From Salisapilia sapeloensis CBS 127946 (lineage: Eukaryota; Protista; Oomycota), in contig JAADVB010000211.1 in NCBI GenBank assembly GCA_023334545.1, positions 1 through 33,284 on the forward strand: a DNA stretch of 33,284 nucleotides. Direction: 5' to 3'. The notes under the pieces are model-generated. The model saw nothing but the letters and a program-made list of their open reading frames with translations. It ran no database searches and had not been told where the DNA came from. The position numbers and the translations under genes were made by a program. Positions 23,901 to 33,284 of this stretch are shown here, in pieces (position 1 is the stretch's first letter; every line of letters begins with the position of its first letter).

Positions 23901-24683
23901 CAGATACTATTCAATGCTCGTTGTATAAAGGTGCGAAAGTAGTTTGGCTCGGCTCATAGAAACCCAGCCGAGGTACGCGACCGAATGCTCAGCGTCCTAT
24001 CACTTGATCTGTGCTTTGACTGCATTTGCACTTGTAAGTCGAGGTTGATGACGAGTGTCATTTTAAAGACAATGCACTCCATCATTGTTGCTCGATCGAC
24101 TATAATACATCTTTTATCCTGTAGGCTGCTAGACGACACAGATGCTATCTATACCTTCAAGATGGACATACGCACTTAAGAGTTTCCATCGTACTGTAGT
24201 CGGTGTCTTGAGTAGACACTTTAACCATGCCAAGACGTTTGGAGCGTTCCATCAGAACGTATGCAAGTCCCAGTGATTCAAAACACTGCCTATTGGAGAT
24301 AATGTGCTTCACCTGTAGCACTTTATTACCAGAGTACCATTCAATCCGTAGCCATAGCCATGGATTCTATGTCATCTTCGCAATGAATTGTAAGCTTGAG
24401 TGTTTCCATTGCTCTTTTACAACCTCAAACAAGTTCCTGTTTCATCCTACTATGCTCAGGTCTATTTAAATGCTCAATAAGATAAGCACCTACCGCTAAC
24501 CTTGACATCTCTTGTGCCACTTATATACAAACCGCATCCAAAATTCTTCCGAGAAGTGTGTTTTAGACAATCTTTTAAGCGTTTGTAGCAACCATCAAAG
24601 GTCCATACCACTACTCATCTAACCAAAGGTACTATCACTTCCTTCAACTAGGACTCCCATCCTGTGCTTCATTTTAATCTAGT

Positions 24684-26354
24684 TTATTCCGACATGACGT
24701 CTTTGTCATCTACACCCATTTGAATGCCTGTATACGCTTTATCAGACTCTCTTAAGATTTTCAGCTCCCGCATGACTGCCCGCTTTTCAGGATCCGCCAC
24801 AAACGTATCTCCGTTCCGAATGTGCCACAACGCGCCACCCAAGTGAAGTCCCCATGTGTTGGGTGGAAAAGGATCCATCGCCGGAACAACGTACCTCGTC
24901 GGCATGTCGGCACACGAGCCAAACTTTTGCGCATATGCCTTAAAGGCTGGTAGAACAGTTCGTTCCCATCTTGAGTCGTACAATCTCCAGCTAAAGCCAA
25001 TGTCATCCAACGCCTCCCGCGCCTTATCCGTCACGATCGTCCGTCCACCTCTCACCCTCTTAATCCATTCTCCTAAGAATAAACCCCTAGATGCTAGCGG
25101 CCATGGTGCATGATCCGGAACGACAAAGTCTGTCGAGATGTTCATATGCCCATGCAGTTTCTTGTAATATCGCATCGCTGGCAATACTTTAGCAAACACT
25201 TGCATCTCGGTACGCTGTGTTGCATTCCAAACGAAGCCCATGTTATCTAGCCCCTGCTCGTCGTGCTTGGACTGTTCTTTATACTGTCCTTGTCGTATAC
25301 GCTTGACCACTTCACCTAGCTCCAGTGCATTCGTTCCTTCCGGCCAATCGTCGCTATCTCTAGTAGAAGATGGGACTTGAAATGTCTGAGGTACGTCGAG
25401 ATGTCCATACTTGGTATAGAATGTCCGCAAAGCAGGCATGATCAATTGATCCCATCGGTCTTGCTGCAGATCAAAGCTGAACCCAAGTTCACGCAGCTCG
25501 TCACTCTGTTCTGTCACGAAGTCTGCGTACGACCCACGGTTACGGACACCGTTCCAAGCTTTTCCAAGCCGATAGTTGTGCATATACTCTGGCCAAGGCT
25601 CTTCACGAGGGACTGTAAACTTTAACGGAACGTTTGCATGGCCGTGTATCTCTTTATAAAGACGGAGACCTGGCATCATAAACTTCCTCCATGTCGTCTC
25701 CTTTGCACTCCATAAAAATCCGATTTCATCCAACCACCTAGCTTGGTCTTCCGAGATTTTACGATACCGTCGAATGTCTCGAACTTGTTGGCCTAATCGG
25801 AGGTTCCAGGTCGATCGAGGCCATGCTGGGTCTCCGTACGGCACGATGAAGGGCTGCAGGACGCGACAGTCTCCGTATAAATTACGATAGTTTTCTAATG
25901 CTGGTAGCAAGGCCGTCTCAAAGTAGTAGTTATTCCAATTGCTAACTGGAAAACCAATATGTTCAAGCTCTCGGATGACGGATGGGTCAGCGCCATCGCG
26001 AGAATGACTGCGCATGAGCCGGTGGAGACGAGCACCTAGTTTCATGCCTTGCAATTCCTCCGGCCAAGGTTGGTATAATTCACCACTAGTATGGTCTATC
26101 TGGTCTTTAGACACTTTTGATAGAGACGTCGTTGGGATAGTGAACTGGTATGGCACGGCAAAGTGGTTTTCGCGATAGTAGAATTCATGCATGGCACGTA
26201 CGAATCGATGGCGAGGTCGTAATTGTGCGTCAACAGACTTAATTGGCTGCGAATGCATTGATGAGGAAGATTTTGATGTGAAGCATGCTTTTGGTCGACT
26301 GCTTAGAAGTGCACATCGACGTACTCGCCCTAGCAGCATCGCCGGACTCGTCAT
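24684..26354 (-). CDS. Helicase-associated (HA) repeat protein, six repeats, putative mitochondrial presequence
   Basis: First true ATG at 26354 (alternative 26339). Six ~75-85 aa repeats of W...PAL..Y...G...VP..F.VP...WP......LG......R......L..IGF.W. No helicase motifs. The N-terminus is Arg/Ser-rich and acid-free. Confidence 0.8.
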   Translation of the reverse strand: MTSPAMLLGRVRRCALLSSRPKACFTSKSSSSMHSQPIKSVDAQLRPRHRFVRAMHEFYYRENHFAVPYQFTIPTTSLSKVSKDQIDHTSGELYQPWPEELQGMKLGARLHRLMRSHSRDGADPSVIRELEHIGFPVSNWNNYYFETALLPALENYRNLYGDCRVLQPFIVPYGDPAWPRSTWNLRLGQQVRDIRRYRKISEDQARWLDEIGFLWSAKETTWRKFMMPGLRLYKEIHGHANVPLKFTVPREEPWPEYMHNYRLGKAWNGVRNRGSYADFVTEQSDELRELGFSFDLQQDRWDQLIMPALRTFYTKYGHLDVPQTFQVPSSTRDSDDWPEGTNALELGEVVKRIRQGQYKEQSKHDEQGLDNMGFVWNATQRTEMQVFAKVLPAMRYYKKLHGHMNISTDFVVPDHAPWPLASRGLFLGEWIKRVRGGRTIVTDKAREALDDIGFSWRLYDSRWERTVLPAFKAYAQKFGSCADMPTRYVVPAMDPFPPNTWGLHLGGALWHIRNGDTFVADPEKRAVMRELKILRESDKAYTGIQMGVDDKDVMSE

Positions 26355-27306
26355 CGAGGTCAAATTGTATGGCGGAAAAGTGCGTACTGGCGAAAAGATA
26401 GCGACATATGTCTAACAGCTAGGACATCCGGTAACTTGGAGTCAAGTTTCCAAGGCTGCGTTTTGGAGCATGCCGGACTAATTAAGGCGGATATGGCACT
26501 TTATTATGGCATGTCATTAAGACGAAAGCAGAATGGGTTCAGCGGTTGCGTATATGAGAGCTCTATTTGGTGTGTGGAAACCTCTATGAAGATAGGATTG
26601 ATCCGTGTAGAGTTAAAGGTGAGGATGTCATCCTCTGAACGAAGCATACATGGAATATACTCCCGCTCTTACAAGTCATGACATGACCAAAAGCTGCGTA
26701 CGGTTTGGAAAGAAATGAATAGTCAAAAAATTGAGCACGACCACTCATCGATTTTCATTTAATGCCAAAGCAGTAGATAAACAAGGTGAGAAACTATTTC
26801 TTACTTTTGATGCAAAAGTTCCTAGAAAATGCCTACCAAGCAATCTATGCTTGTGCTTGAAAACGTAAAAGCTCACGTCTTAGTATGGCTTAAATTCTTA
26901 TCATACATGAACAAAGTCGCAATTGAAGTAGAGCTTTTGCAGCTTTATTTCTTTACGTCTGACTGTACAAGGGAATCAAGCTATCAGTGAGCCCATTAGA
27001 CCGCGCAGAATACATCACCTTGATTGTGTATAAAGTTATGGCGAATTTCTCACTTGGTTTGCATTTGATTAGAAAACTAGAGATATGCCGTAAAAAGCAT
27101 TCGAAGAACGCACTACGATTATGAAAACTATATGAGCAGTGGTTGTAACTATCCTTCACACAGAACTCAACGCTCCATTCCAAGAATATCTTACTTCTCA
27201 ACTGAGACATAGCAATGACTGTTTATTTATAGCCACAGCAGGGAGAACCATGTCTTATCGCACCCTCCTTTTCACCTACCTTCAACACCACACGTCTGGA
27301 GCAAGG

Positions 27307-27384
27307 CATTTCGCGCGTAAAATAGCTCGAGCTGCGCGAAATGGACGATAGTTGAAGCGGAAAGGAGGGAATTTACGCGATTGG
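27307..27384. promoter_or_regulatory. Cluster of E2F/MCB-like and CCAAT elements upstream of RNR2
   Basis: TTTCGCGC at 27309-27316 and its reverse complement GCGCGAAA at 27334-27341, GCGGAAA at 27357-27363, TTTACGCG at 27372-27379, and ATTGG at 27380-27384. Confidence 0.5.
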
Positions 27385-27494
27385 CTAGCGAACGTCACGC
27401 TCCTGCCCTCCTTCCATTGGCCCAAAGTCCGTGTACTAGATCTCATTGGCTGGTATTTCTATACAAAGTACCCTCGCCCTTTTTGCCGCCAAAA

Positions 27495-27510
27495 GCTCAC
27501 TTTCTAATCC
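27495..27510 (+). promoter_or_regulatory. Oomycete initiator (INR)-like core promoter element of RNR2
   Basis: GCTCACTTTCTAATCC lies 45 nt before the ATG at 27555 and resembles the oomycete GCTCA(T/C)TYY initiator. The match to the downstream FPR part is imperfect. Confidence 0.4.
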
Positions 27511-27554
27511 GCTCGCAACATCGGAAGCTCATCAGCGACAGAAATCACGACGAG

Positions 27555-28661
27555 ATGGTAGCCAAACAAGGAGATGCATGCGACGCAACTGTGTCTACTG
27601 AAGCTCCGAATCACAGCATGGACTTTACGCACAAAGATGCTAATGGAGTCCCGATTTCATTGTACAAGTGGAAAGAGTTGAATGGTGAACTTGCGCCGGA
27701 ACCGTTCCTGGTTGAAAACCCGAACCGATTTGTCCTGTTCCCGATCCAAGAGCATGAAGTGTGGGCGATGTACAAAAAGGCAGAGGCGAGTTTCTGGACG
27801 GCTGAAGAATTGGACTTGGCACATGATCTAAAGGACTGGGACAACCTCACGGATAACGAGAGGCATTTCATCAAGTACGTTCTAGCGTTCTTTGCTGCGT
27901 CCGACGGCATTGTCAACGAGAACTTGGCTATGAATTTTAGTAATGAGGTGCAAGTACCGGAAGCGCGTTGCTTCTATGGCTTCCAGATCGCTATTGAAAA
28001 CATCCACTCGGAAGTCTACTCGCTTCTCATTGACACGTACATCAAGGACAAGGAAGAAAAGTCCATGCTGCTTCGTGCCATTGAGACGATCCCTTGCGTT
28101 GAGAAGAAGGCCAACTGGGCGCTCAAGTGGTGTGACAGTCGATCTGCCAACTACGCAGAACGATGCGTTGCATTTGCTGCGGTGGAAGGCATCTTTTTCT
28201 CTGGAAGCTTCTGCTCTATCTTCTGGCTTAAAAAGCGTGGTCTGATGCCTGGTCTCAGTTTCTCCAACGAGCTTATCAGTCGAGATGAAGGCATGCACTG
28301 CGACTTTGCTTGCCTCATGTACTCCAAGCTCGTGAACAAATTGCCGCAGGAGCGTATCCACAACATTGTCAAGGATGCAGTGATGATTGAACAGGAGTTT
28401 GTGCGTGAAAGTCTTCCTGTGGAGCTCATTGGTATGAACTCGGCACTCATGTGTCAGTACATTGAGTTCGTGGCCGATCGTTTGCTGTATGCGTTGGGTG
28501 TCGAGAAGATCTACAACGTAACTAATCCGTTTGACTGGATGGACATGATCTCACTACAGGGCAAAACCAACTTCTTCGAGAAACGTGTCGGCGAGTACAG
28601 CAAAGCCGGTGTCGGTGTCAAGGCCGAGGACCAGGTCTTTACGCTCGACGCAGACTTTTAA
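27555..28661 (+). CDS. RNR2: Ribonucleoside-diphosphate reductase small subunit (class Ia beta)
   Basis: [92 protein letters not shown] and C-terminal FTLDADF. The first in-frame ATG is at 27555. Confidence 0.97.
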   Translation: MVAKQGDACDATVSTEAPNHSMDFTHKDANGVPISLYKWKELNGELAPEPFLVENPNRFVLFPIQEHEVWAMYKKAEASFWTAEELDLAHDLKDWDNLTDNERHFIKYVLAFFAASDGIVNENLAMNFSNEVQVPEARCFYGFQIAIENIHSEVYSLLIDTYIKDKEEKSMLLRAIETIPCVEKKANWALKWCDSRSANYAERCVAFAAVEGIFFSGSFCSIFWLKKRGLMPGLSFSNELISRDEGMHCDFACLMYSKLVNKLPQERIHNIVKDAVMIEQEFVRESLPVELIGMNSALMCQYIEFVADRLLYALGVEKIYNVTNPFDWMDMISLQGKTNFFEKRVGEYSKAGVGVKAEDQVFTLDADF

Positions 28662-28780
28662 AGGGATGAATCACTCTTCTTATATTATCCAACGTCTTTC
28701 ATTTCGTATTTGAACAAATGAAAAGCAAAAGGAAAGGAGTACGTTCTTTTCTAACGTAAATGTCAAAATACTACAAGTAG

Positions 28781-29638
28781 CTATTCCGCGCTGATGGAAA
28801 CGTTCTTCATAAAGTCCATGTTGAGGCTTCCCATCTCATCCTCATCGTCCACATCCCGATCGCTCACAGCAGATTCCGCACGCTCAGCACGTGTGAATTG
28901 GAACTTGGTCTTTGTCCGTTCCTCTGTTACGACATCAGCCGCTGGTGCTTTTACTTTGGCAGGGACTGGTGGAGCTGTTACTTTCATCGGATTCACCGTT
29001 TGGACGGGAGGTAGCGACTTTGTAGACTCGCCTTCTCGGATAAACTTTCCATCGGCACTGACGACGGATCGATTGGACGTCGGGATGTATGTCGTAAAGT
29101 TCTTGGCATTGAGCGTCTCACGCACATTTTCAGGCGTAATGGGTTCCTCAAACGTATTTGCCGATCCACTGGACGTCGGCGACGCGACGGATTCGGCCGA
29201 CAAAAAGTCCCGAAGCGCGTCAAACGGTTCACCCGTGCATGTCGGACACCTGGCAGCTGGTGTCAATAGGTAGGACACGCACAACGCAATGAACTTTCGG
29301 AGCGCGATCTTCCGATACTTGATGACCTGGTGCGACGAGCTACTGAATACGTGTTTCTTGGGAAAGTCAAAGCGTTGCAAAGCTTTCTCAAAGTTGTCAC
29401 ACCCTGGACAAGTGCGATTCGCACGTGCGAAAAGCTCCAGTAGCTTTTGTCGCAATTTGAAAAACTCGGAGTAACGACGCGATACTTGCCATAGCTTGTC
29501 ACTCGGTGCGTGAAAGACGCGGCAAATATAATGGGCGTGACCGGCGATCATGTCATGGCTCGGGATGTAGACCCGGATGGCATTATGCGACTCCTCTGCG
29601 TTGCACCGGTCGGTCTGCTGGTAGCTGAAGCGGTTCAT
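28781..29638 (-). CDS. PX (phox homology) domain protein, paralogue A
   Basis: 285 aa. WQVSRRYSEFFKLRQKL..FDFPKKH..KYRKIALRKF..LRDFL is a PX core, followed by a low-complexity tail. Confidence 0.8.
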   Translation of the reverse strand: MNRFSYQQTDRCNAEESHNAIRVYIPSHDMIAGHAHYICRVFHAPSDKLWQVSRRYSEFFKLRQKLLELFARANRTCPGCDNFEKALQRFDFPKKHVFSSSSHQVIKYRKIALRKFIALCVSYLLTPAARCPTCTGEPFDALRDFLSAESVASPTSSGSANTFEEPITPENVRETLNAKNFTTYIPTSNRSVVSADGKFIREGESTKSLPPVQTVNPMKVTAPPVPAKVKAPAADVVTEERTKTKFQFTRAERAESAVSDRDVDDEDEMGSLNMDFMKNVSISAE

Positions 29639-30126
29639 GCTTATGCACGATCTGGTTGATGTGGATGTGATCGAAAAATGAACGGAGATCCGGCTGAGTA
29701 TAAGAACTGAAGTCTTCAGCGCCTGGTGCCTCTAGTAGCATTACTTACCATCACCCAGGTTTTGATTTTTGATTTTCCTTCTGGTCGGTCATTGGCACAC
29801 GAGCATAAAGAGACGCAACGATTGGTTATATGTGAGATCCGAGCTTCATATTCCCCAAGTACGACATGCGCTGACCAGTTCGCGTGGAAACTGCGGTGGA
29901 AATAAATGTCCGACGACTCGGCTGAAGTGGAAGGACTCGACCGAGCTTTCGTCCTAGTCGTAACGGCCTGTTTCTCGCCAATCTCTGTGAAAATCGTAAA
30001 TTCCTAGAACATCGACCACTTAACTTCAAGTTCGAATTCGGCCAATGAACGGTAAGCACCTGCACACAGAACTGATCATTTCTGTATCAGCAGCCGATCG
30101 AGGAAGCGTTCTCCCTCTCAAGCAAC

Positions 30127-31359
30127 ATGAGCGACTTTCGCAAAAGCGTGATCATGAGTCTATCGAGTCTGAACGAGGCAGACGCTCGTTCACGCCAAAT
30201 CCGCATCTACGTCCTGTCCTCTGTCAAGCGTGAGGGCGTGACGTACTATCGCATTGGAGGTCGACTCGCCTCCTCTGGCATGACGTGGGAAGTGACACGT
30301 CGTTATTCTGAGTTTTTACTCCTACGCGACCAGCTTATCCGTTTCTTTGAGTCCGCCAAGACAACTTGTCCTGGATGTGTCAACTACTTTCACTCGATCT
30401 GTCGCTTCGACTTTCCTAAAAAGCACTTTTTAAGCTCCAATGCTTCCATCGTCGTCAAGTACCGCGTCCAAGCCTTTCGAGCGTTCATGAACTTGCTTGC
30501 GTCCTGGAACTTTTCTAATACACCCAAGTGTCCAACCTGCGGCGGATTTGCTTTTGAAGTCGTCCGGAACTTTATTCTTGACGGAGCGACGCCCGAGACG
30601 GGTGGAGACGTGAACTCTCTCCGTAGCTCCTTTGCCGATGAGATGCACTCGTCTCTCGGATCCAGTACGACACGTGCTTCTACTACTAGCAACAACAGAC
30701 GTCCTCCTCTACCTCGTCGGCCGAGTTGGCAAGCGACGACCGTTGTGGATTCCAATGGCCCGAAACATGCTCAGACGACTCGACCGGCGCGTGACAAGTC
30801 TGGAAAAGTGCGTGCGAGTGATCCGAGTCTAATGCGTCGGACGATGCGCGACGATGCGCGCCGTCAGGACGTATATGATGCTTTTAACGACTACTTGCCT
30901 GCCTCGAAGCAGAAGCGAGATGCACGTGCACGTCGTAACACGGAAGAGACAGCGGATACGACCAAGTTCAATGCCCAGTCTGCCCGTGACAAGGAAAAGG
31001 AGCGGTATGGGAATGAGCCCATGTCGATTGACGAGTTGGGTGGAAAGCCGATGGCGAGAAAGAGTTCTAGTCGCAAGATGGAACGTCCGTCCTCTGGATC
31101 ATCGAATCATGGTTCTAGGGTCAAGTCGTCTAGCAGCAGTCGCATGAAGGAAGACGGTGTCGACACACCTGCCTTGTACATGCCCAAGGAACAGATGCCT
31201 GGTGGGAACTCGATGCGCCGTAGCTATGAGACGGACGCGACGAGTACGGATGAGGACGAAATCGATGTCACGGGCATTGTGATGGACGGTGCGCACGTGA
31301 GCAAGTCCAAGAGTCGGAGCCATGTGTGGCAATCATGGGAACGTGCACATGCTGGATAA
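30127..31359 (+). CDS. PX (phox homology) domain protein, paralogue B
   Basis: 410 aa. WEVTRRYSEFLLLRDQL..FDFPKKH..KYRVQAFRAF..VRNFI, followed by a disordered Ser/Arg-rich tail. The start may be the ATG at 30154. Confidence 0.8.
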   Translation: MSDFRKSVIMSLSSLNEADARSRQIRIYVLSSVKREGVTYYRIGGRLASSGMTWEVTRRYSEFLLLRDQLIRFFESAKTTCPGCVNYFHSICRFDFPKKHFLSSNASIVVKYRVQAFRAFMNLLASWNFSNTPKCPTCGGFAFEVVRNFILDGATPETGGDVNSLRSSFADEMHSSLGSSTTRASTTSNNRRPPLPRRPSWQATTVVDSNGPKHAQTTRPARDKSGKVRASDPSLMRRTMRDDARRQDVYDAFNDYLPASKQKRDARARRNTEETADTTKFNAQSARDKEKERYGNEPMSIDELGGKPMARKSSSRKMERPSSGSSNHGSRVKSSSSSRMKEDGVDTPALYMPKEQMPGGNSMRRSYETDATSTDEDEIDVTGIVMDGAHVSKSKSRSHVWQSWERAHAG

Positions 31360-32032
31360 CTTTTGTTGTATTTGTATATGGAAATGATTTTGAATATCTA
31401 CCTTAATTCTTGTCGACACGAATTGTTTCGTTTTCTTGTCGAGTGGATAATAGGTGTTCAATTTCGTCTGGCATTTGCATGTCTGTACCGTTCCGGTACA
31501 AGGTATCGCAGATCGAAGTCCAAAGGTAGGGAACGAGGTCGAGATAACTGTTATTCGACGCGTCTTGTCCGTCACCTCGATGTTTCCAACTGCGTCTGAC
31601 TTAAACTGAGTATGGAAAATGTAAGAAAAACACAGGAACGGGTTTCATATGAAATGGTCTTGGAAAGGGGCGTTCGTCTCTCCAGAACTCAATCTGCAGG
31701 CCAATCGCCACCCGATCCTTTTTCCCCTCGCTCATCTCGCGGAAGCTCCTTGTCGCCGTGGAAGTGGGGAAGTTCTCATCGGACGCTTGGTCACATTGTT
31801 ACTTGAGTTTTCTAAGCGCCTGCATCAAACGGCTTCGTACCATCCGACACTTGGTGCCTCCAATTGTACCTCGACTCTTGTTTTTATCCACTTCTATCGC
31901 TTACATCTATCTCTTACATAGATTTAAAGTCCGACGAACACTGTAAGTGTCCACGCATTTTGTTTGCTCACATGTAAAATCTACTTTTCTTCCTTGTACG
32001 CTACTCTCGTACTTACTCATTCGATCCAATAG

Positions 32033-33058
32033 ATGTCAAAACCAAGTGCTGTTGAAGGTCCGTGGTGGGCTTGGAGTCACGGTCAGAGTGGTAACGTCCT
32101 GTCGTCCTCGGATGACGTAAAACCACCGAAAGATGCCTTCACGATCGGTGCCAAGTCTCACTCGTCTCGTCGCGGGAAGAAGAGCAGTCGAAAGAAAGAA
32201 ACGGTCGGGTCCAAAGGCGCCTTCTTCGCGCTTGATCATGCCATGTCGGAGCCGAAGTTCTTCTTATCGGATGACTTTACTTGGGCGAAAAAGACTTCTC
32301 GACATAAAGAGTCTGTCCCATCGTTCCCTTCCTTCCGACCTCTGGACAATGTCGATGAAAGTTGTATCTCTACGTTGTCATCATCTTCCTCCAAGAGCGT
32401 TCGTAAACGAACGGTTGAAGATCGATTGAATTGGGATACCTGTAGTAACTCTGGAAGTGCGTCGAGTAGTCCGATCTTTTTACCTCGTCACGAAAAGACT
32501 TTTGACTGTGACTTGAGCGAAGATGAGCTCTTGCCACTGTCTCCTAGTCATGAAGTTAAGCGAGAGAGAATGTTACTAGGTGATACGAGAGAGTCATATA
32601 GTCCAGACGACAACGTCGGAACGGAAGAGAAAGGATTGGCATTTGACATTCGATACCAGCTCCCGATTGCGCTCGGGACGTCCAAGGAAACGGAAATGGA
32701 TTGTGCTATTTGTCAGGTCAAGTACAATGTCGGCGATCACTTGGTCACGCTCAGCTGCGAACACTTTTTCCACGCGAGCTGCGTAGACAAATGGCTCTGG
32801 CATCACACGTCCTGCCCCTTGTGTCGAACGGAAGTGACGCTAAAGGACGGTGGGACCAAGCACGCGTTCAAAGAGTGCTCGGCGAGAGAGAAAGAGGCAA
32901 CGAGGCAAAAGCTACGGTATCGTTATCGAGCACAAGCCTCTCGCTTTCGACCGTTGCAAGTCGAGCAGATTAGCTGGCAGTTGGACGAGATGAAGATTGA
33001 TTCACCAGAGCTGTGTTGTCCACAGCCGAGGCGGATCCGGAGGAATAATGCAAAATGA
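32033..33058 (+). CDS. RING-H2 finger protein (putative E3 ubiquitin ligase)
   Basis: CAICQVKY..LVTLSCEHFFHASCVDKWLWHHTSCPLCR is a C3H2C3 pattern, preceded by a Ser-rich disordered N-terminus. Confidence 0.9.
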   Translation: MSKPSAVEGPWWAWSHGQSGNVLSSSDDVKPPKDAFTIGAKSHSSRRGKKSSRKKETVGSKGAFFALDHAMSEPKFFLSDDFTWAKKTSRHKESVPSFPSFRPLDNVDESCISTLSSSSSKSVRKRTVEDRLNWDTCSNSGSASSSPIFLPRHEKTFDCDLSEDELLPLSPSHEVKRERMLLGDTRESYSPDDNVGTEEKGLAFDIRYQLPIALGTSKETEMDCAICQVKYNVGDHLVTLSCEHFFHASCVDKWLWHHTSCPLCRTEVTLKDGGTKHAFKECSAREKEATRQKLRYRYRAQASRFRPLQVEQISWQLDEMKIDSPELCCPQPRRIRRNNAK

Positions 33059-33139
33059 ATCTCTCTTTTCATCACTTCTCTAGATGCTTACTGCCCTTCA
33101 AATGACTTTGCCATGTGTACATTTCGCTACATTATTAAA

Positions 33140-33284
33140 CTAACGGATAGTCTGGAATGTCGACGGTCGGAACGTCTGCCGTCCATTCCCGGATGGCTTC
33201 CTCTTGTCCTTGCCGTCGGAGGCGAAGACCTGCCAGAAACGGAGCGTCTCGTCTCCTGCGCCCGAAACCACTGTCGAGCCGTCC
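33140..33284 (-). CDS. APC/C coactivator, CDC20/CDH1 (fizzy) family, 3' end only
   Basis: Absent from the ORF track. The minus strand reads DGSTVVSGAGDETLRFWQVF...STFQTIR*, which is the last WD40 repeat plus the C-terminal IR tail. CDC20 and CDH1 cannot be told apart from this fragment. Confidence 0.9.
   Translation of the reverse strand, partial: DGSTVVSGAGDETLRFWQVFASDGKDKRKPSGNGRQTFRPSTFQTIR

Noticed and set aside
27381-27554. 58-aa N-terminal extension of RNR2 in the ORF track
   Set aside because: Depends on a TTG start and overlaps promoter-like motifs; the first ATG is at 27555.
27555-33284. Cell-cycle 'cluster' of RNR2, a RING E3 and CDC20/CDH1
   Set aside because: Unrelated PX genes intervene and the genes act in different phases; proximity is plausibly chance.
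1-33284. Prokaryotic-type systems (CRISPR, defence operons, retrons), tRNA/rRNA genes, intact transposons, recoding
   Set aside because: The window is intron-containing eukaryotic DNA. No repeat-spacer array, cloverleaf, transposase/RT motif or stop-codon reassignment was seen by eye, and breaks between ORFs are explained by canonical introns.

Overview
Eukaryotic nuclear DNA, most likely from an oomycete (stramenopile). This is inferred from short 50-90 nt GT-AG introns, tight gene packing, and START-FYVE, HA-repeat and PX families that are expanded in oomycetes. About 15 protein-coding genes are supported: a partial class-V aminotransferase (cysteine desulfurase-like), a PH-CLU-like-RCC1 protein, a tetraspanin, an RCC1+UBR-type Zn-finger protein, an LRRC41-like LRR protein, CTR9, a triple Myb/SANT-like repeat protein, a START-FYVE protein, an HA-repeat protein, RNR small subunit, two divergent PX paralogues, a RING-H2 protein and the 3' end of a CDC20/CDH1 gene. 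Several gene models had to be rebuilt by hand because the ORF track ignores introns and uses non-ATG starts. No rRNA, tRNA, CRISPR array or intact mobile element was recognised. I did not find a clearly new multi-gene system. The best leads are unusual protein architectures (PH-CLU-RCC1, a domain inserted in CTR9, PX domains carrying two CxxC pairs, a putatively mitochondrial HA-repeat protein) and an inverted E2F-like pair upstream of RNR2. All domain calls are by eye; no database searches were run.
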